Source: Microcoleus sp. (lineage in GTDB: Bacteria > Cyanobacteriota > Cyanobacteriia > Cyanobacteriales > Microcoleaceae). Taken from it: a stretch of DNA of 64,000 nucleotides. The translations under genes and the position numbers were made by a program. The notes beneath the pieces are model-generated. The model was not told where the DNA came from. It saw only the letters and a list, made by a program, of their open reading frames with translations, and searched no databases. The stretch covers positions 224,001-288,000 of the forward strand of contig JAYFMW010000007.1 in assembly GCA_042408215.1 (NCBI GenBank), given 5' to 3'. Positions 50,827 to 62,280 of the stretch are shown piece after piece. Within the stretch, counting starts at the first letter, position 1. Every line of letters begins with the position of its first letter.

Positions 50827-52166
50827 CGAAAATTTGGGTTCAAGCCCCGTCCTTCTAGGACGGCTTGAATTCTTGAGGAAAGGCCTTGGCGGTAGCTCAA
50901 TACTGTGTATAATATAGTAAGGAGGTAAAGTAAGTGCTTAATTTAACCTACGAATTCAAACTCAAACCAACAACAGCACAAGTGGCAATCTTTGAAGATT
51001 GCCTAGAGCAATGTCGTCGCGTATACAATTACGCATTGGCAGAGCGCAAAGATTGGTTTAAGTCTCGTAGCTGTCAAATTAACGCTTGCTCTCTTCGTTC
51101 TGAGTACATCATCCCAGCCGACAAACCTAGACCAACATACGTCAGTCAATGCAAGGGTTTAACTCAAGCCAGAGCAACAATCCCCACATTGAAAGCAGTT
51201 CAAGTCCACGTTTTACAACAAACTCTTAAACGTCTTGAACGCGCTTTTGTAAGTATGTGGGAACAAAAGCACGGCTTCCCTCCCTTGAAAAAAGTTGGGG
51301 CTATACGCTCTTTTGTATTTCCTCAGATGGGAGTAGAACCCATCAAAAATAGTGCTGTAAAATTGCCTAAGATTGGCTGGGTTAATTTCCGTCAATCCCG
51401 CCTCATCCCTCATGGTGCTGCACTAAAACAAGTGCGCTTGGTTAGGCGTATTTCGGGCTGGTATGCAATGCTAACGCTGCAATGGGATGTCTCAATTCCC
51501 GATGTTGTTCCTCATGGCAACCCAATCGGAATTGATGTCGGGTTGACTAATTTTATTGCAACTTCCAATGGTCTTTTAACCAAGCGTCAGAGGTTTTTTG
51601 TTGATGCCGAACGCCAGCTTAAATTGCTGCAACAGTGCGTCAGCAGAAAGCGGATCGGCTCAAACAATTGGAAAAAGGCTCAAAAGAAAGTTGCTCTGCT
51701 GCACGAGTACGTTGCCAATTGCCGAAAACATTGGCACCGCAAGCTGTCCCATCAAATCTGTAATGATGCGGGGATGGTATTTGTTGAAGACTTAAATCTG
51801 GTTGGACTTTCTAGGGGAATGCTGGGCCAACACTGCCTTGATGCCGCGTTTGGTCAATTCTTCACTATTTTGGAGCAAACTTGCTTTAAACGCGGGGTAT
51901 ATTTCCAGAAAGTAGAGGCTAAAAAAACCAGCCAGATTTGTCCAAATTGCGGTACAGAAACGGGCAAGAAAGAGCTTTCAGAACGTACTCACAGTTGCTC
52001 AAATTGCGGCTATACAACAGACAGAGATGTTGCAGTCGCCCAAGTAGTTCTCCAACGGGGACTTGTAGCCGTAGGGCATACGGTCAAGATGCTTGGCTGA
52101 GGGTAAATTCGTCGGAATCCCTGTGAAACAAGAATCCCCACGCCTTGATAGCTGGGGAGTGTCCAA
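50827..52166 (+). mobile_element. IS200/IS605 (tnpB-only, IS1341-like) element
   Basis: Left-end hairpin CCGTCCTTCTAGGACGG at ~50846; right-end GAATCCCCA..TGGGGAGTGTC; ends approximate. Confidence 0.8.
50934..52100 (+). CDS. tnpB: RNA-guided endonuclease TnpB, apparently intact
   Basis: YEFKLKPT HTH, GIDVGL, FVEDL, CPNCG..CSNCG, DRD. Confidence 0.93.
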   Translation: MLNLTYEFKLKPTTAQVAIFEDCLEQCRRVYNYALAERKDWFKSRSCQINACSLRSEYIIPADKPRPTYVSQCKGLTQARATIPTLKAVQVHVLQQTLKRLERAFVSMWEQKHGFPPLKKVGAIRSFVFPQMGVEPIKNSAVKLPKIGWVNFRQSRLIPHGAALKQVRLVRRISGWYAMLTLQWDVSIPDVVPHGNPIGIDVGLTNFIATSNGLLTKRQRFFVDAERQLKLLQQCVSRKRIGSNNWKKAQKKVALLHEYVANCRKHWHRKLSHQICNDAGMVFVEDLNLVGLSRGMLGQHCLDAAFGQFFTILEQTCFKRGVYFQKVEAKKTSQICPNCGTETGKKELSERTHSCSNCGYTTDRDVAVAQVVLQRGLVAVGHTVKMLG

Positions 52167-52210
52167 GTAAAAGTTAATAGAGCAACCTCAATCAGGGTTA
52201 TGTGGCTTCT

Positions 52211-54271
52211 GTGAGTTATTGCCTCAATCCCAAATGCCCGAATCCCTCCGATCCGGCCAACACTGGTAAGTCCGCGTGCATCCACTGTGGCTCAGAACTT
52301 TTGTTGCAAGGTCGATATCGGCTAGTCGCGCCTCTCGGAGGTGGTGGCTTTGGTAAAACCTTTGAAGTAGACGACAAGGGCACCCGAAAAGTGCTCAAAG
52401 TCCTGCTCAAAGAACATCCCAAAGCTGTAGAACTGTTTAAGCAAGAAGCCGACGTATTAGTTCGGCTCAGACATCCGGGCATTCCCAAAGTCGATCGCGA
52501 CGGTTATTTTACGTTTTCGCCGGCTCACAGCACGGAGTCTTTTCATTGTCTGATCATGGAGAAAATTGCCGGGGCAAATTTGCAGGACTGGCTGAAACAT
52601 CGGGGTCGCCCGATTAGTCAGGAACAGGCTGTGAACTGGCTCAAACAACTGTCGGAAATTTTAGACCAAGTTCACAGGCTCAACTATTTTCACCGGGACA
52701 TCAAGCCGCAAAATATTATGTGCAAGCCGAACGGGCAGTTGGTGCTGATTGACTTCGGGACTGCTAGGGAAGTGTCGGCGACTTATTTCGCTAAGGTGGG
52801 TCAGGGGGGAAATGTGACTGGTATTGTTTCTCCTGGTTACACGCCGCCGGAACAAACGAATGGCAAGGCTGTTCCGCAGTCGGATTTTTTTGCATTGGGG
52901 CGGACTTTTGTTTATTTGCTAACTGGGAAGCCACCGACTGCATTTCCTGAGAACCCGCGCACAGGCAGGTTGATGTGGCGCAAAGGGGCTCCTCAGGTTT
53001 CGGATGCAGTGGCTAATGTGATTGATTACCTGATGGCGCCTTTTCCGGGAAATAGACCTCAAAGTCCCCAGGTGGTTTTGCAGTGCTTGGAGGAAATTAA
53101 TTTAGACGAAGCCGAGACTCAGTTGCCGACTCAGTTGCCGACTTCGGGGTCAACTAAAATTCGGGGAAGTTCCGGGACGTCTGGGATAACTAAGCAGAGT
53201 TCGATGAACCGGCTCAGACCGCTGGATTCGAGCTCGAAAAAACGCCGTCAAGAGCAGTTCGATCGCAAAAATAAGTGGCTGGCGGGCGCTGCTGCTTTGC
53301 TGCTGGCTGTCGGCGCGTCTCAAATTTATGGTTCGCTGCGTTACGGGCTGTTTCCGGCGAATCCGGTTTGGCTGCTTTCGAGTTTGCCTAGCAGTCAGTT
53401 TTTGACCAGAAGTTTGGATAATGTCGGTAGTGTAAATGCGATCGCTCTGTCGCCGGACGGTCAAACTTTGGTGAGTGGAAGTTTTGGGACGATTAGAATT
53501 TGGAATGCGAAGACGGGTGTGCTGCTACGGACTCTCAGTCAGGTGCATTCTAAAAAATCGGTGCGGACACTGGCTGTGAGTCCAGATAGCCTGATGTTGG
53601 CTAGTGGCGGTGATGACAATAATGTGATTTTGTGGAGTTTGAAGACGGGCCGACGGGTGCTGACGATCCCAGCTCACAGGGCTGGCGTGAATGCGATCGC
53701 CTTCAGCAGCGACGGTAAGATGATTGCTAGTGGCAGCGATGACAAAACTGTTCGCTTGTGGGATGCCAGAAAGGGCCTCCGTTTGCTGACTTTGACAGGT
53801 CACGGGGGCTCGGTGAATGCGATCGCCTTCAGCAGCGACGGTCAAACTCTGGCTAGCGGGAGCGCTGACAAGACTGTGCGTTTGTGGAATCTTAAAACCG
53901 GACAAGTGAGAAGACTTCTTACAGGTCACGGGGGCGCGGTGAATGCTGTGGCTTTTAGCCCCAACGGGCGAATTGTGGCTAGTGCTAGCAGCGATAATAC
54001 TATCCGTTTGTCGAACGTGCAAGACGGTTCGCGTACCCAAACTTTTAAAGGGCATTCCAGTTGGGTGAGAACGATCGCTTTTAGCTCGGACAGTCGCTCT
54101 CTCGTCAGCGGGGGTGGGGATCTGATAGTTTGGGATTTGAAGACGGGAAAAGAGAGAAGCAGTCTTTCGGGTCACGGTCAGTTTGTGAGTTCTGTTGCTA
54201 TTAGCAGAGATAGCAAGACTTTCGTGAGCGGCAGTCCCGATCGCACTATTAAGATTTGGCGAATGCCTTAG
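52211..54271 (+). CDS. Ser/Thr protein kinase with C-terminal WD40 repeats
   Basis: YCLNPKC N-terminal Cys motif, LGGGGFG, HRDIKPQN, IDFG, TM helix, repeated GH..V.AIAFS.DG..LASGS.DKTVRLW. Confidence 0.95.
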   Translation: MSYCLNPKCPNPSDPANTGKSACIHCGSELLLQGRYRLVAPLGGGGFGKTFEVDDKGTRKVLKVLLKEHPKAVELFKQEADVLVRLRHPGIPKVDRDGYFTFSPAHSTESFHCLIMEKIAGANLQDWLKHRGRPISQEQAVNWLKQLSEILDQVHRLNYFHRDIKPQNIMCKPNGQLVLIDFGTAREVSATYFAKVGQGGNVTGIVSPGYTPPEQTNGKAVPQSDFFALGRTFVYLLTGKPPTAFPENPRTGRLMWRKGAPQVSDAVANVIDYLMAPFPGNRPQSPQVVLQCLEEINLDEAETQLPTQLPTSGSTKIRGSSGTSGITKQSSMNRLRPLDSSSKKRRQEQFDRKNKWLAGAAALLLAVGASQIYGSLRYGLFPANPVWLLSSLPSSQFLTRSLDNVGSVNAIALSPDGQTLVSGSFGTIRIWNAKTGVLLRTLSQVHSKKSVRTLAVSPDSLMLASGGDDNNVILWSLKTGRRVLTIPAHRAGVNAIAFSSDGKMIASGSDDKTVRLWDARKGLRLLTLTGHGGSVNAIAFSSDGQTLASGSADKTVRLWNLKTGQVRRLLTGHGGAVNAVAFSPNGRIVASASSDNTIRLSNVQDGSRTQTFKGHSSWVRTIAFSSDSRSLVSGGGDLIVWDLKTGKERSSLSGHGQFVSSVAISRDSKTFVSGSPDRTIKIWRMP

Positions 54272-54553
54272 TCATTAGTGATTGGTGATTGGTGATTGGT
54301 GATTGGTGATTGGTGATTAGTTATTGGTGATTAGTTATTGGTGATTGTTATTGGTTATTGGTTAAGTGAGCAACGGCTAAAAAAACAGAATACCCAGATA
54401 CCCGACTGCTTCAAGAAGTCGGGGAGCTAACAGCGATCGCATTTTACGTTGAATTAGAGCGACCTACTTATTTGTTGGTTCCAATTACCAATTACCAATT
54501 ACCTATGACCAATTACCCATGACCAATTACCCATGAGCAATTACCCATGACCA
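54270..54553. repeat. STRR tracts with a REP-like hairpin
   Basis: TGATTGG and CAATTAC/CCATGAC tracts; CCCGACT..AGTCGGG hairpin at ~54401-54423. Confidence 0.8.
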
Positions 54554-54555
54554 AA

Positions 54556-55198
54556 TTAGCTATCTAAAATTAAGAGCCAATTTTTGGCAAATTCATCAAC
54601 AGTTTGCTGCGAAAGTTCGTGAACTGCGATCGCCTGCAATATATTAAAAGGCAATGTCAAATGATGGGCGCCAGCTAATAAAGTCTTCACCGCTTCTTCC
54701 GGTGACTTAATGCTAGCTGCCAAAATCTCAGTATTAGTTTTTTGCAAGACATTTGCTATATCTTGCACTAAGGAAAAACTGTCTCCCAACAATCTGGTGG
54801 CGCGATTCACATAGGCGATCGCATATTTTGCTCCCCAAGCGGCCGACACCGCAGCCTGTGCCTTGTGGTAAATAGCTGTCACCGCGCAAGGAATTTCCGG
54901 TGACAGGTGCGCTACTGCTTGGAAATCGGCAACAGTGGCCGGAATTTTCAACACTGTTTGTTTTCCAATTAATTCAAAAGCCGCTTTTCCTTCTGCTACC
55001 ATGCCATCAAAATCAGATGCCTTTAGCTGATAATATACTTCCCCAGGAATCAGTTGTGCCAGTTGTTTTAGCGTCACATCTGGAGATAAATCGCTCCGCA
55101 GCCCAATGTGTCGGATTAGTAGTAATTCTCGCTATCTAACCGAACTTACTCGCCTTTTTTGCTTGCGCTACAATTGCAGTATCGAGATAAATTGCCAT
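54556..55198 (-). pseudogene. Transaldolase/fructose-6-phosphate aldolase family gene, disrupted 5' part
   Basis: MAIYLDTA start at 55198, ITTNPT motif in a shifted frame with a TAG; VLKIPAT, AYVNR, ILAASIKS in 54556-55077. Confidence 0.8.
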
Positions 55199-55467
55199 CA
55201 GCTCTACACCTTCTGTTTCTTAGTTTATTCTTGGTTTTCCGAGGCTTATTGTCAATTTGAGGTCAATCAGAGTGAAATTGATTGTTAGGCTTTAATTGTA
55301 CCAGATTTTAAAAAAAATATGGCTCTTCAGTAAAAATCACTATTAAGTGATGGGTATCACGTCAGTTGCTGATTGCGATCGTCAGGTACGAAAACTTCGA
55401 TCGCCAAATGCCGGATCGAAACAGTTTACACTTGTAGTATGGGTTATGTATGCAATAACTCAAGGAG

Positions 55468-55707
55468 GTGACTCAGAAAATGAGCAAAGAAGAAAATCAG
55501 CATTCACAAGTCAGCCTTGAGACATCTTATGACAAAGCGGAGTTGAAAAAACCAGCCGCAGCCACTCAAGAGTTGTCGGAAAATCATAATTATCAAACAG
55601 AGTCTAAACCAGTTAAAAATAACGGTGAAGATGGTTTGAAGGCTCTAGCACGCTTGATGATGGTGAGCCTAACTTGGTCGATGGCAGAACTTTCTCAACG
55701 TAAGTAA
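55468..55707 (+). CDS. Small hypothetical protein
   Basis: AAGGAGG RBS; 79-aa ORF followed by STRR and a hairpin. Confidence 0.6.
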   Translation: MTQKMSKEENQHSQVSLETSYDKAELKKPAAATQELSENHNYQTESKPVKNNGEDGLKALARLMMVSLTWSMAELSQRK

Positions 55708-56045
55708 ATTTTTGGGTTATTGGTTATTGATATTGGTTATTGGTAATCAAGACTGGGTATGCTGCCAGACTGCCATGAATTTTTAATTTTTAACATCCAA
55801 TTCCTCATTTCTGGCCTGTGCTTTTGATAGTACAGGCTTTCCCATTGCCCAATGCGATAGGACTCAATGCCTCATCCCAGAGCTTCGCCCAATTCCCAAT
55901 ATCAAACTTTTATTTAATCCTTCAAATAGGCCCAAACAAGTCGGTTTAAGGAGCATAAATCATCCCCAATTTGGGAGACTAATTCACTGTTCCATTAAAT
56001 TCTATTTCACAGAAAATCTGGTTAACATTGTTGTGTCCAGATCTG

Positions 56046-57245
56046 CTAATTAATATTTTCCGAACCTACGGCCTCAGAAATAGAATTAAATCCCTTTTCT
56101 GCCAATTTTTGCAACAGCCCTTCCAGAATTCTGCGTACCATCCAAGGCCCCTCGTAAACCCAACCGGTGTATACTTGAATTAAACTCGCACCGGCGGTAA
56201 TTTTTTCCCAAGCATCGTCAGCGGTGAAAATGCCGCCCACGCCAATAATTGGCAATTTTCCTTGAGTTTGCTGCCAGATAAATCGGATGACTTCTGTAGA
56301 ACGCTGCCGCAGGGGAACGCCGCTAATTCCGCCGTCTTCTTCGCTAATTGGTTGGCCAGTTTCTGGTAATATTTGAGTTGTCAATCCGTCGCGGCGGATT
56401 GTGGTATTTGTGGCGATAATTCCTGCTAGCTGGTAAGTTTTTGCTAAGTCGAGGATAGATGCGATCGCCTCCCATTCCAAATCCGGGGCAATCTTGACTA
56501 AAATTGGTTTAATTCCCTGATTTTCTTGTTGCAAAACTGACAAAATTGTGCTGAGCTGATCGGCATCTTGGAGCGATCGCAATCCAGGGGTATTCGGAGA
56601 AGAAACGTTGACTACAAAATAGTCGCCGCAGTCTTTGAGGATCTTAAAACTCTCCAAATAATCTACTGATGCTTGCGAAAGCGGTGTTACCTTAGATTTA
56701 CCGAGATTAATGCCCAAGGGGTATGTAGACTGAGGCATGGGACATCCGGCATCTAATTGTGACTGGTCACCAATGCTCTGTGACTTGGAGGCGTTCGCCT
56801 TCTGCCGTGCGTTGTCAAACCGGGCTGCCATTGCCGCGGCTCCTTGATTGTTAAATCCCATGCGATTGAGGACAGCACCGTCGGCAGGCAAGCGAAACAA
56901 GCGAGGATGAGGGTTTCCCGGCTGTGGTTGCCAAGTCACAGTGCCAAGTTCAGCAAAGCCAAAGCCAAAATTTTCCCAAATGCCAGTAGCTACGCCGTTT
57001 TTATCAAATCCTGCGCCCAAACCGACAGGATTTTTAAAATTCACTCCCCAGAGAGATTGTTCGAGCCGAGAATCTTGCAACCCGAAAGATTGCTGGAGTC
57101 GGGAGAGTATTTGGCTGGCTGCGGGGTTTGAGTGGGTTCGATCGACTATTTCGAGAATTTGGAGGATGCTGTCGTGGAGCCACTCGGCATCGGCTTTTAA
57201 TACAGAGAATAATAGTGGCCGCAATCCTAATTGATAAATATCCAA
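56046..57245 (-). CDS. pyrD: Quinone-dependent dihydroorotate dehydrogenase
   Basis: [58 protein letters not shown]. Confidence 0.97.
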   Translation of the reverse strand: MDIYQLGLRPLLFSVLKADAEWLHDSILQILEIVDRTHSNPAASQILSRLQQSFGLQDSRLEQSLWGVNFKNPVGLGAGFDKNGVATGIWENFGFGFAELGTVTWQPQPGNPHPRLFRLPADGAVLNRMGFNNQGAAAMAARFDNARQKANASKSQSIGDQSQLDAGCPMPQSTYPLGINLGKSKVTPLSQASVDYLESFKILKDCGDYFVVNVSSPNTPGLRSLQDADQLSTILSVLQQENQGIKPILVKIAPDLEWEAIASILDLAKTYQLAGIIATNTTIRRDGLTTQILPETGQPISEEDGGISGVPLRQRSTEVIRFIWQQTQGKLPIIGVGGIFTADDAWEKITAGASLIQVYTGWVYEGPWMVRRILEGLLQKLAEKGFNSISEAVGSENIN

Positions 57246-57446
57246 TGGCTTGTTTTGTTTTGAGGAATGGGTTGAGGTAAGAGGAAGGGGAAGGGGAAGG
57301 GGAAGTTTTGAGTGCGTGAGTGCGTGAGTTTAAAGACTTAATTCATTCTGATAACTCTGACTAGATTATAGTTGATTCTGTTCCAGATTTTATGGTTTTT
57401 TAAGTTTTTAATTTTTCAGGCGACAGCGTTGTGAGGAAGTTTGGAA

Positions 57447-60434
57447 ATGAGCCAGCAGGAAAGATCGAAGGATTTAGACGAACAAATCGTGGCGCTGCAG
57501 TGCGTTCTCCAGACTCTCCGAGAAGACGAGAATGTTGAGGTGTTGTTGGAGACAACACTCAGTTACTTGCAAGCGGAATTCGACTGGCGATTAATTTGGA
57601 TCGGATTGTACGATCGAGGGGCCCATCGATTGTTCGGCAAAGGTGGCATGACTCCCAATGGCGACATCAGCTTCCTCAAACAGCGGTTTGCCCTGAGTCC
57701 GGGGGATTTGCTAGAACAAGTGGTAATTCAACTCCGACCGGTGGGAGTCCCAGATTTGCGCGAGGAAAACCGAGCCGGAGAATGGCGCTCATGGGCTCAA
57801 ATTTTCAACATTCAAGGTACAACTCTGTTTCCGCTCCGCTACAAAGACCGCTGCTATGGCGTAGTTTTGCTTGGCGTAGCGGAGTGGGGAGCGTCGCCCA
57901 GCGCGGGGGAAAAAACGCAACTGGGCATCGTATTTGGAGCGCTGGCAACTGCTCTTTATCAAATCGAAAAAGACTGGCAGCGAACTCTTGCCAAACACCC
58001 AGACGAGTCGTTGCTCGCACTGATTTCGCACTTGCGCGAACTACGATCGCTCGATCAATATTTGGAAGCGGTAGTCGAAGGGGCCCATGAATTTATCGAG
58101 CCGACACGTACCAATGTTTACTGGTTTGAGCGAGAGCGACGATATTTTTGGCGCCGAGTTAGCAACCGCCAAGTTGCCCCGAGTTTGGGCGGGCCCGACC
58201 GACCGGCTTCTGGTATCACTGTGCAAGACTTGGGCGAATTCTATCAGGCTTTGGCAAAGGAACAAATGGTTTGGATTGGAGAATCTCACAGTTCTCTGAA
58301 AACTGAACTGACGGGGCGGCTGATGCAGCAAATCCGGGCTCGTTCTCTGCTGGCGGCACCTATTGTTTTAGAAGGCGAATTGTTGGGATTTTTGGCAGTT
58401 GAAGCCAGCGAACCGCGAATTTGGCAAGAGCCTGAAAAAAATTACCTGCGCGGAGTGGCGCAATTAGTGGCTCTGACGGCTCCGTTGTCGAATCTGGAAG
58501 CGCGGATTCAGAAAACTGAGATCGATCGCGATTTAACCGCCGGCATCGCTCGCGCCATCTACAACGATGCTGACTGGGAAGCGACTCTCAAAAATACTGC
58601 CTCGCAACTGTGCGAGCGGCTAAACTGCGAATATTTTCTGCTGCTGCTCTACAGCGAAGAACAGGATCGGTTTGAAATTGTCTGCCAAAATCAACCCCGC
58701 CATAGAAGGGCAGTGCCCTCGCCGCTCAAAGCTCTCGATGTGGCGGATTTGCGACTACTGGAAGCCCACGGGGAAGCTCTGGCCATTGAAAATTGGGAGG
58801 AAGATGGGCCCCTCTTGGCTTGGCGGGAAGTGCTCACAGAAGCGGGAATCCGCTCGCTCTTAGCGTTGAGCACTCGGGGACAGAAGGCAGAAGGAACCGG
58901 GAACAAGGAATCAGGAACTCTTAATCAGGAAGAAGTCAGAGGGAAGAAGGAAGAGAGGGCCAACCCCAATCTCAAATCTCAAATCCCAAATCCCAAATCG
59001 ATCGAGGGTTTGCTGGTTGTCGGGCACAGTGCTACTCGCAGTTGGAGTCGATCGGAACGAGAATTAGTTCGAGTAGTTAGCCAACAGCTAGGACTAATCC
59101 TGCACCAGTGGCAGCAGGCTTCAGAAATCAACAAGTACGAACAATTTTACCAAGCGATCGAATCAGGCTTTGCTGTGTTGCACTCCTCACCCGAAGGGCT
59201 GTCTGGGCAACAGATATCTGCCACCTCACCGCAGATTTTCCCAGACTTGCCGCTGCAAAAGCTAGAGCGTAACTTTGCTCAACAGGTAGCCCAGACGGTT
59301 TCCTGTCCTTTAGTTGCGGTAATTACTTGGAATCCGGGGCAGCAGTTCGCTTCTATTGCCGCGGCGGTAGCAGCCCATCCCGTTTTTGCGCTCAATCCTC
59401 TTGTCGCGATTCCTGTCCAAACAGATGTTTTGATTCAACAAACCCTGGCTACTAGCGGTGTGCTGCAACAAAGTATCAGCGAACTGTCGCTGGCGACTAA
59501 GCAGTGGCTCCGCAGTCCGGGGATTGGCGAGATTCTGACGGTGGCGCTGCGGACAGCCCCAGAACACGCTCCTGTGGGAATTGTAGTGGCTGCGGATGCT
59601 GCGGGACGCCGCTGGTCGGAGTTGTCGGTGAATTTGCTCGGCCAGATGGCGGATCAGTTGGCTTGGTGGCGCAGGTATTTGGCGGTGCAATCTGTGCTGG
59701 AGTCCCAGCGATCGCATCTGGAGTTGCTCAACTGGTACAAGCAGCGCCGTTTCGAGGAGTTTTACCGAACTTTGGGAGGGGGAGTCAAGGAGTTGGGGGA
59801 GTTGAGTCAATCTATTTTGCACTCAGCCCGGGAACAGAAAGATGCTCTGAAAACTTTGCGCTACCAGCAGGTTTTGCGGCAAATTGGCAATACTTTGGGG
59901 TCAACTCATTTGGTGCTGAGACAGGAACAGTGGCGGCTGCAATGCGTACAGGATGCGGTGTCTGTGAGTGCTTGGCTGAAGCGAGGGCTCGATCGAACGG
60001 CCACCTTGCTTAAAAAGTCAGAAATTTTGCTGGAAGTGCACCGAGAAACTGGCGTTTCGCTGCCTGCTGGTCAGGTTTTGAGCGTTCGCGGGGATAGTAT
60101 CAAGTTGGATTTGGTGCTGTACGAATTGCTGGCTGCGGCTTGCCGACGCTCTGATGTTGGGGGCAAGATTGAGATTCGCTATCAACTTTTGGGGCCAGAT
60201 TTGGTGGAATTGTCTATTACTGATAGTGGCACGATCGATCGACAGTTAATTGCTGCATTCAATACCGGTTCCGGGCCAGATATATTAGTCCCTTCTAGTC
60301 TGAATAAGCCGATGGTTCAAAATTTATTGAATTGTCAGCGAGCGATGCGTTTAATGGGTGGAAATTTTTCTATCGAAATCTTGGAAAATAATTTAGTTGT
60401 GGCTCGGTTGGTGATGCCGATGGTGAGTTCTTAA
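57447..60434 (+). CDS. Multi-GAF-domain sensor with degenerate histidine-kinase-like C-terminus
   Basis: Repeated GAF patterns (RSLLAAPI..LLGFLAV..PRIW), C-terminal VRGDSIKLDLVLYELL..LSITDSG. Confidence 0.82.
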   Translation: MSQQERSKDLDEQIVALQCVLQTLREDENVEVLLETTLSYLQAEFDWRLIWIGLYDRGAHRLFGKGGMTPNGDISFLKQRFALSPGDLLEQVVIQLRPVGVPDLREENRAGEWRSWAQIFNIQGTTLFPLRYKDRCYGVVLLGVAEWGASPSAGEKTQLGIVFGALATALYQIEKDWQRTLAKHPDESLLALISHLRELRSLDQYLEAVVEGAHEFIEPTRTNVYWFERERRYFWRRVSNRQVAPSLGGPDRPASGITVQDLGEFYQALAKEQMVWIGESHSSLKTELTGRLMQQIRARSLLAAPIVLEGELLGFLAVEASEPRIWQEPEKNYLRGVAQLVALTAPLSNLEARIQKTEIDRDLTAGIARAIYNDADWEATLKNTASQLCERLNCEYFLLLLYSEEQDRFEIVCQNQPRHRRAVPSPLKALDVADLRLLEAHGEALAIENWEEDGPLLAWREVLTEAGIRSLLALSTRGQKAEGTGNKESGTLNQEEVRGKKEERANPNLKSQIPNPKSIEGLLVVGHSATRSWSRSERELVRVVSQQLGLILHQWQQASEINKYEQFYQAIESGFAVLHSSPEGLSGQQISATSPQIFPDLPLQKLERNFAQQVAQTVSCPLVAVITWNPGQQFASIAAAVAAHPVFALNPLVAIPVQTDVLIQQTLATSGVLQQSISELSLATKQWLRSPGIGEILTVALRTAPEHAPVGIVVAADAAGRRWSELSVNLLGQMADQLAWWRRYLAVQSVLESQRSHLELLNWYKQRRFEEFYRTLGGGVKELGELSQSILHSAREQKDALKTLRYQQVLRQIGNTLGSTHLVLRQEQWRLQCVQDAVSVSAWLKRGLDRTATLLKKSEILLEVHRETGVSLPAGQVLSVRGDSIKLDLVLYELLAAACRRSDVGGKIEIRYQLLGPDLVELSITDSGTIDRQLIAAFNTGSGPDILVPSSLNKPMVQNLLNCQRAMRLMGGNFSIEILENNLVVARLVMPMVSS

Positions 60435-60606
60435 TATTGCAAAAATCCCAATCTGCGATCGAGGATGGTAGGGGCGGGTTTTACAAATAATAATTGCCTC
60501 AAACCCACAATCTCCTAAACCCGCCCCCGCCCAACTATGATCTATATTAGAACTGATATCTTGCACCATTGTTAAGAACGGGCCGGAGAGCCCGTTCCAC
60601 AATAGA

Positions 60607-61080
60607 TCAAGGTTCTTGTGGGCTGGGCATCTTTCCCGCCTCTGAAAGGCTTTCCGAACTAGGGAAAAATTTCTGAGTTATCCAATCAGTTAAAATGTGA
60701 GAAAGCAATCCCATCGGGCCAGCAAATAGACAGAGTGCGAGAGAATGAATCGTCCAAACTCCGGTGCGTTGTCCTTCCAAATAAATCCAACGCCCGACAA
60801 ACAAATCCATCACTAAAAAATGTATCCATCCCGTAGCTGCTGCGGTTTCTTCCCCAAGAAATTTAGCAATATCTGCTAGTTTGGGATTTGACAAAGCTGC
60901 CGCGTTTTCTGGAGTGATGCTGAGCACAAACAAATAGATGTACAGGGTGGCTAGCACTGCAAAGGGGAGGAAAGAATTCATCACTTTTCGGGTGATTCCC
61001 CAGTTGGGCAATAAAATCATGATTGCCCAGAATGGCAAAACGAACAGGTTTGCTCCGGTAAAAATTAGTTCGGGTGTCAT
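60607..61080 (-). CDS. ABA4-like (DUF4281) membrane protein
   Basis: LPFWAIMILLPNW..T, GWIHFLVMDLFVGRWI, GPMGLLSH. Confidence 0.88.
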   Translation of the reverse strand: MTPELIFTGANLFVLPFWAIMILLPNWGITRKVMNSFLPFAVLATLYIYLFVLSITPENAAALSNPKLADIAKFLGEETAAATGWIHFLVMDLFVGRWIYLEGQRTGVWTIHSLALCLFAGPMGLLSHILTDWITQKFFPSSESLSEAGKMPSPQEP

Positions 61081-61230
61081 ATACTGTAGGCTCCTGGGAA
61101 TGGATGCAATATTATTCAAGATGTTAATATTAGTTTACACAATTTTTGCTAAAATATCTAAAAATTATGACTGACGCACAGACTCTATCATCCAAAATAT
61201 AAAATCTCAAATCCAAAATCCGAACAGCTT

Positions 61231-62244
61231 ATGCCAACAACTTATCATAATTTTCCCGATTGGTGTTTGCACAAAGAAAATATTTCTGCCGATGCTAAAC
61301 ACACTGTAGAAATTCTGTTGCAAATATCAGAGACTGCTGAGTGCGATCGAGCTAATGAACTACTTGCTAGCACAACAGAACTCAACCTCAGACTTTCTCA
61401 AATTACAGATCTCAATCCCCTCTCATCTTTCACTCAACTTACGACTCTCATCCTCGCCAGCAATCAAATATCTGATCTCACTCCTCTCCAATCTTTAACT
61501 AAGCTGGAGACTCTGGTTTTGGATGTTAATCAAATATCAGATATCAGCCCGCTTTCCTCTCTGAAAAATCTGACACAACTCGTTCTAGATACCAATCAAA
61601 TATCAGATATTAGTCCCCTTGCACCTTTGACTAATCTTACCACACTTGTCTTGTTTGACAACAAAATTTCTGAGGTCATCCCCCTGAAATCACTGAGGAA
61701 ATTAACTCGGCTGATTTTGTACAACAATACAATTTCCGATCTCACTTATTTGGAAAGTTTGACTGAACTCACTACTCTCTATCTTTACAACAATAAAATA
61801 TCAGATATCACTTCTCTGGCTTCCTTGAAAAATCTCAAAACTCTGTTTCTGTTCGGAAATCAAATATCAGACATTAGTCCGCTGCAATCCCTAACTAATT
61901 TGACTAAATTGGTTTTATTCCAAAATCAAATCTCAGATGTGAGTGCTTTGGCATCACTCACTAATTTAACTGAACTCAACCTCGGCAATAATCAAATATC
62001 TGACATCACTCCGCTCAAATCGCTGACTAATTTGACTGAACTTTATCTGTTCAACAATCCGATTTCCGATAGCAGCCCGCTGCAAGCTTTAAATAACTTA
62101 TTTTTGCTTGACTTGTACAAGAATCAAATCTCTGATGTTAGTTTCCTGCAATCTTTGCACAAGTTAACTACAGTAGATTTGCGCGGGAATCCCATAGTTA
62201 ATAAAATTTGCCCGGTCAATCCTGAATCTGTATGTCGGTTTTAA
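61231..62244 (+). CDS. Leucine-rich repeat (internalin-like) protein
   Basis: 22-aa repeats NQISDISPLxSLTNLTxLxL. Confidence 0.95.
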   Translation: MPTTYHNFPDWCLHKENISADAKHTVEILLQISETAECDRANELLASTTELNLRLSQITDLNPLSSFTQLTTLILASNQISDLTPLQSLTKLETLVLDVNQISDISPLSSLKNLTQLVLDTNQISDISPLAPLTNLTTLVLFDNKISEVIPLKSLRKLTRLILYNNTISDLTYLESLTELTTLYLYNNKISDITSLASLKNLKTLFLFGNQISDISPLQSLTNLTKLVLFQNQISDVSALASLTNLTELNLGNNQISDITPLKSLTNLTELYLFNNPISDSSPLQALNNLFLLDLYKNQISDVSFLQSLHKLTTVDLRGNPIVNKICPVNPESVCRF

Positions 62245-62280
62245 TTGTTAAGATGGCATCCGGCTGGGGATTAGTACGAT

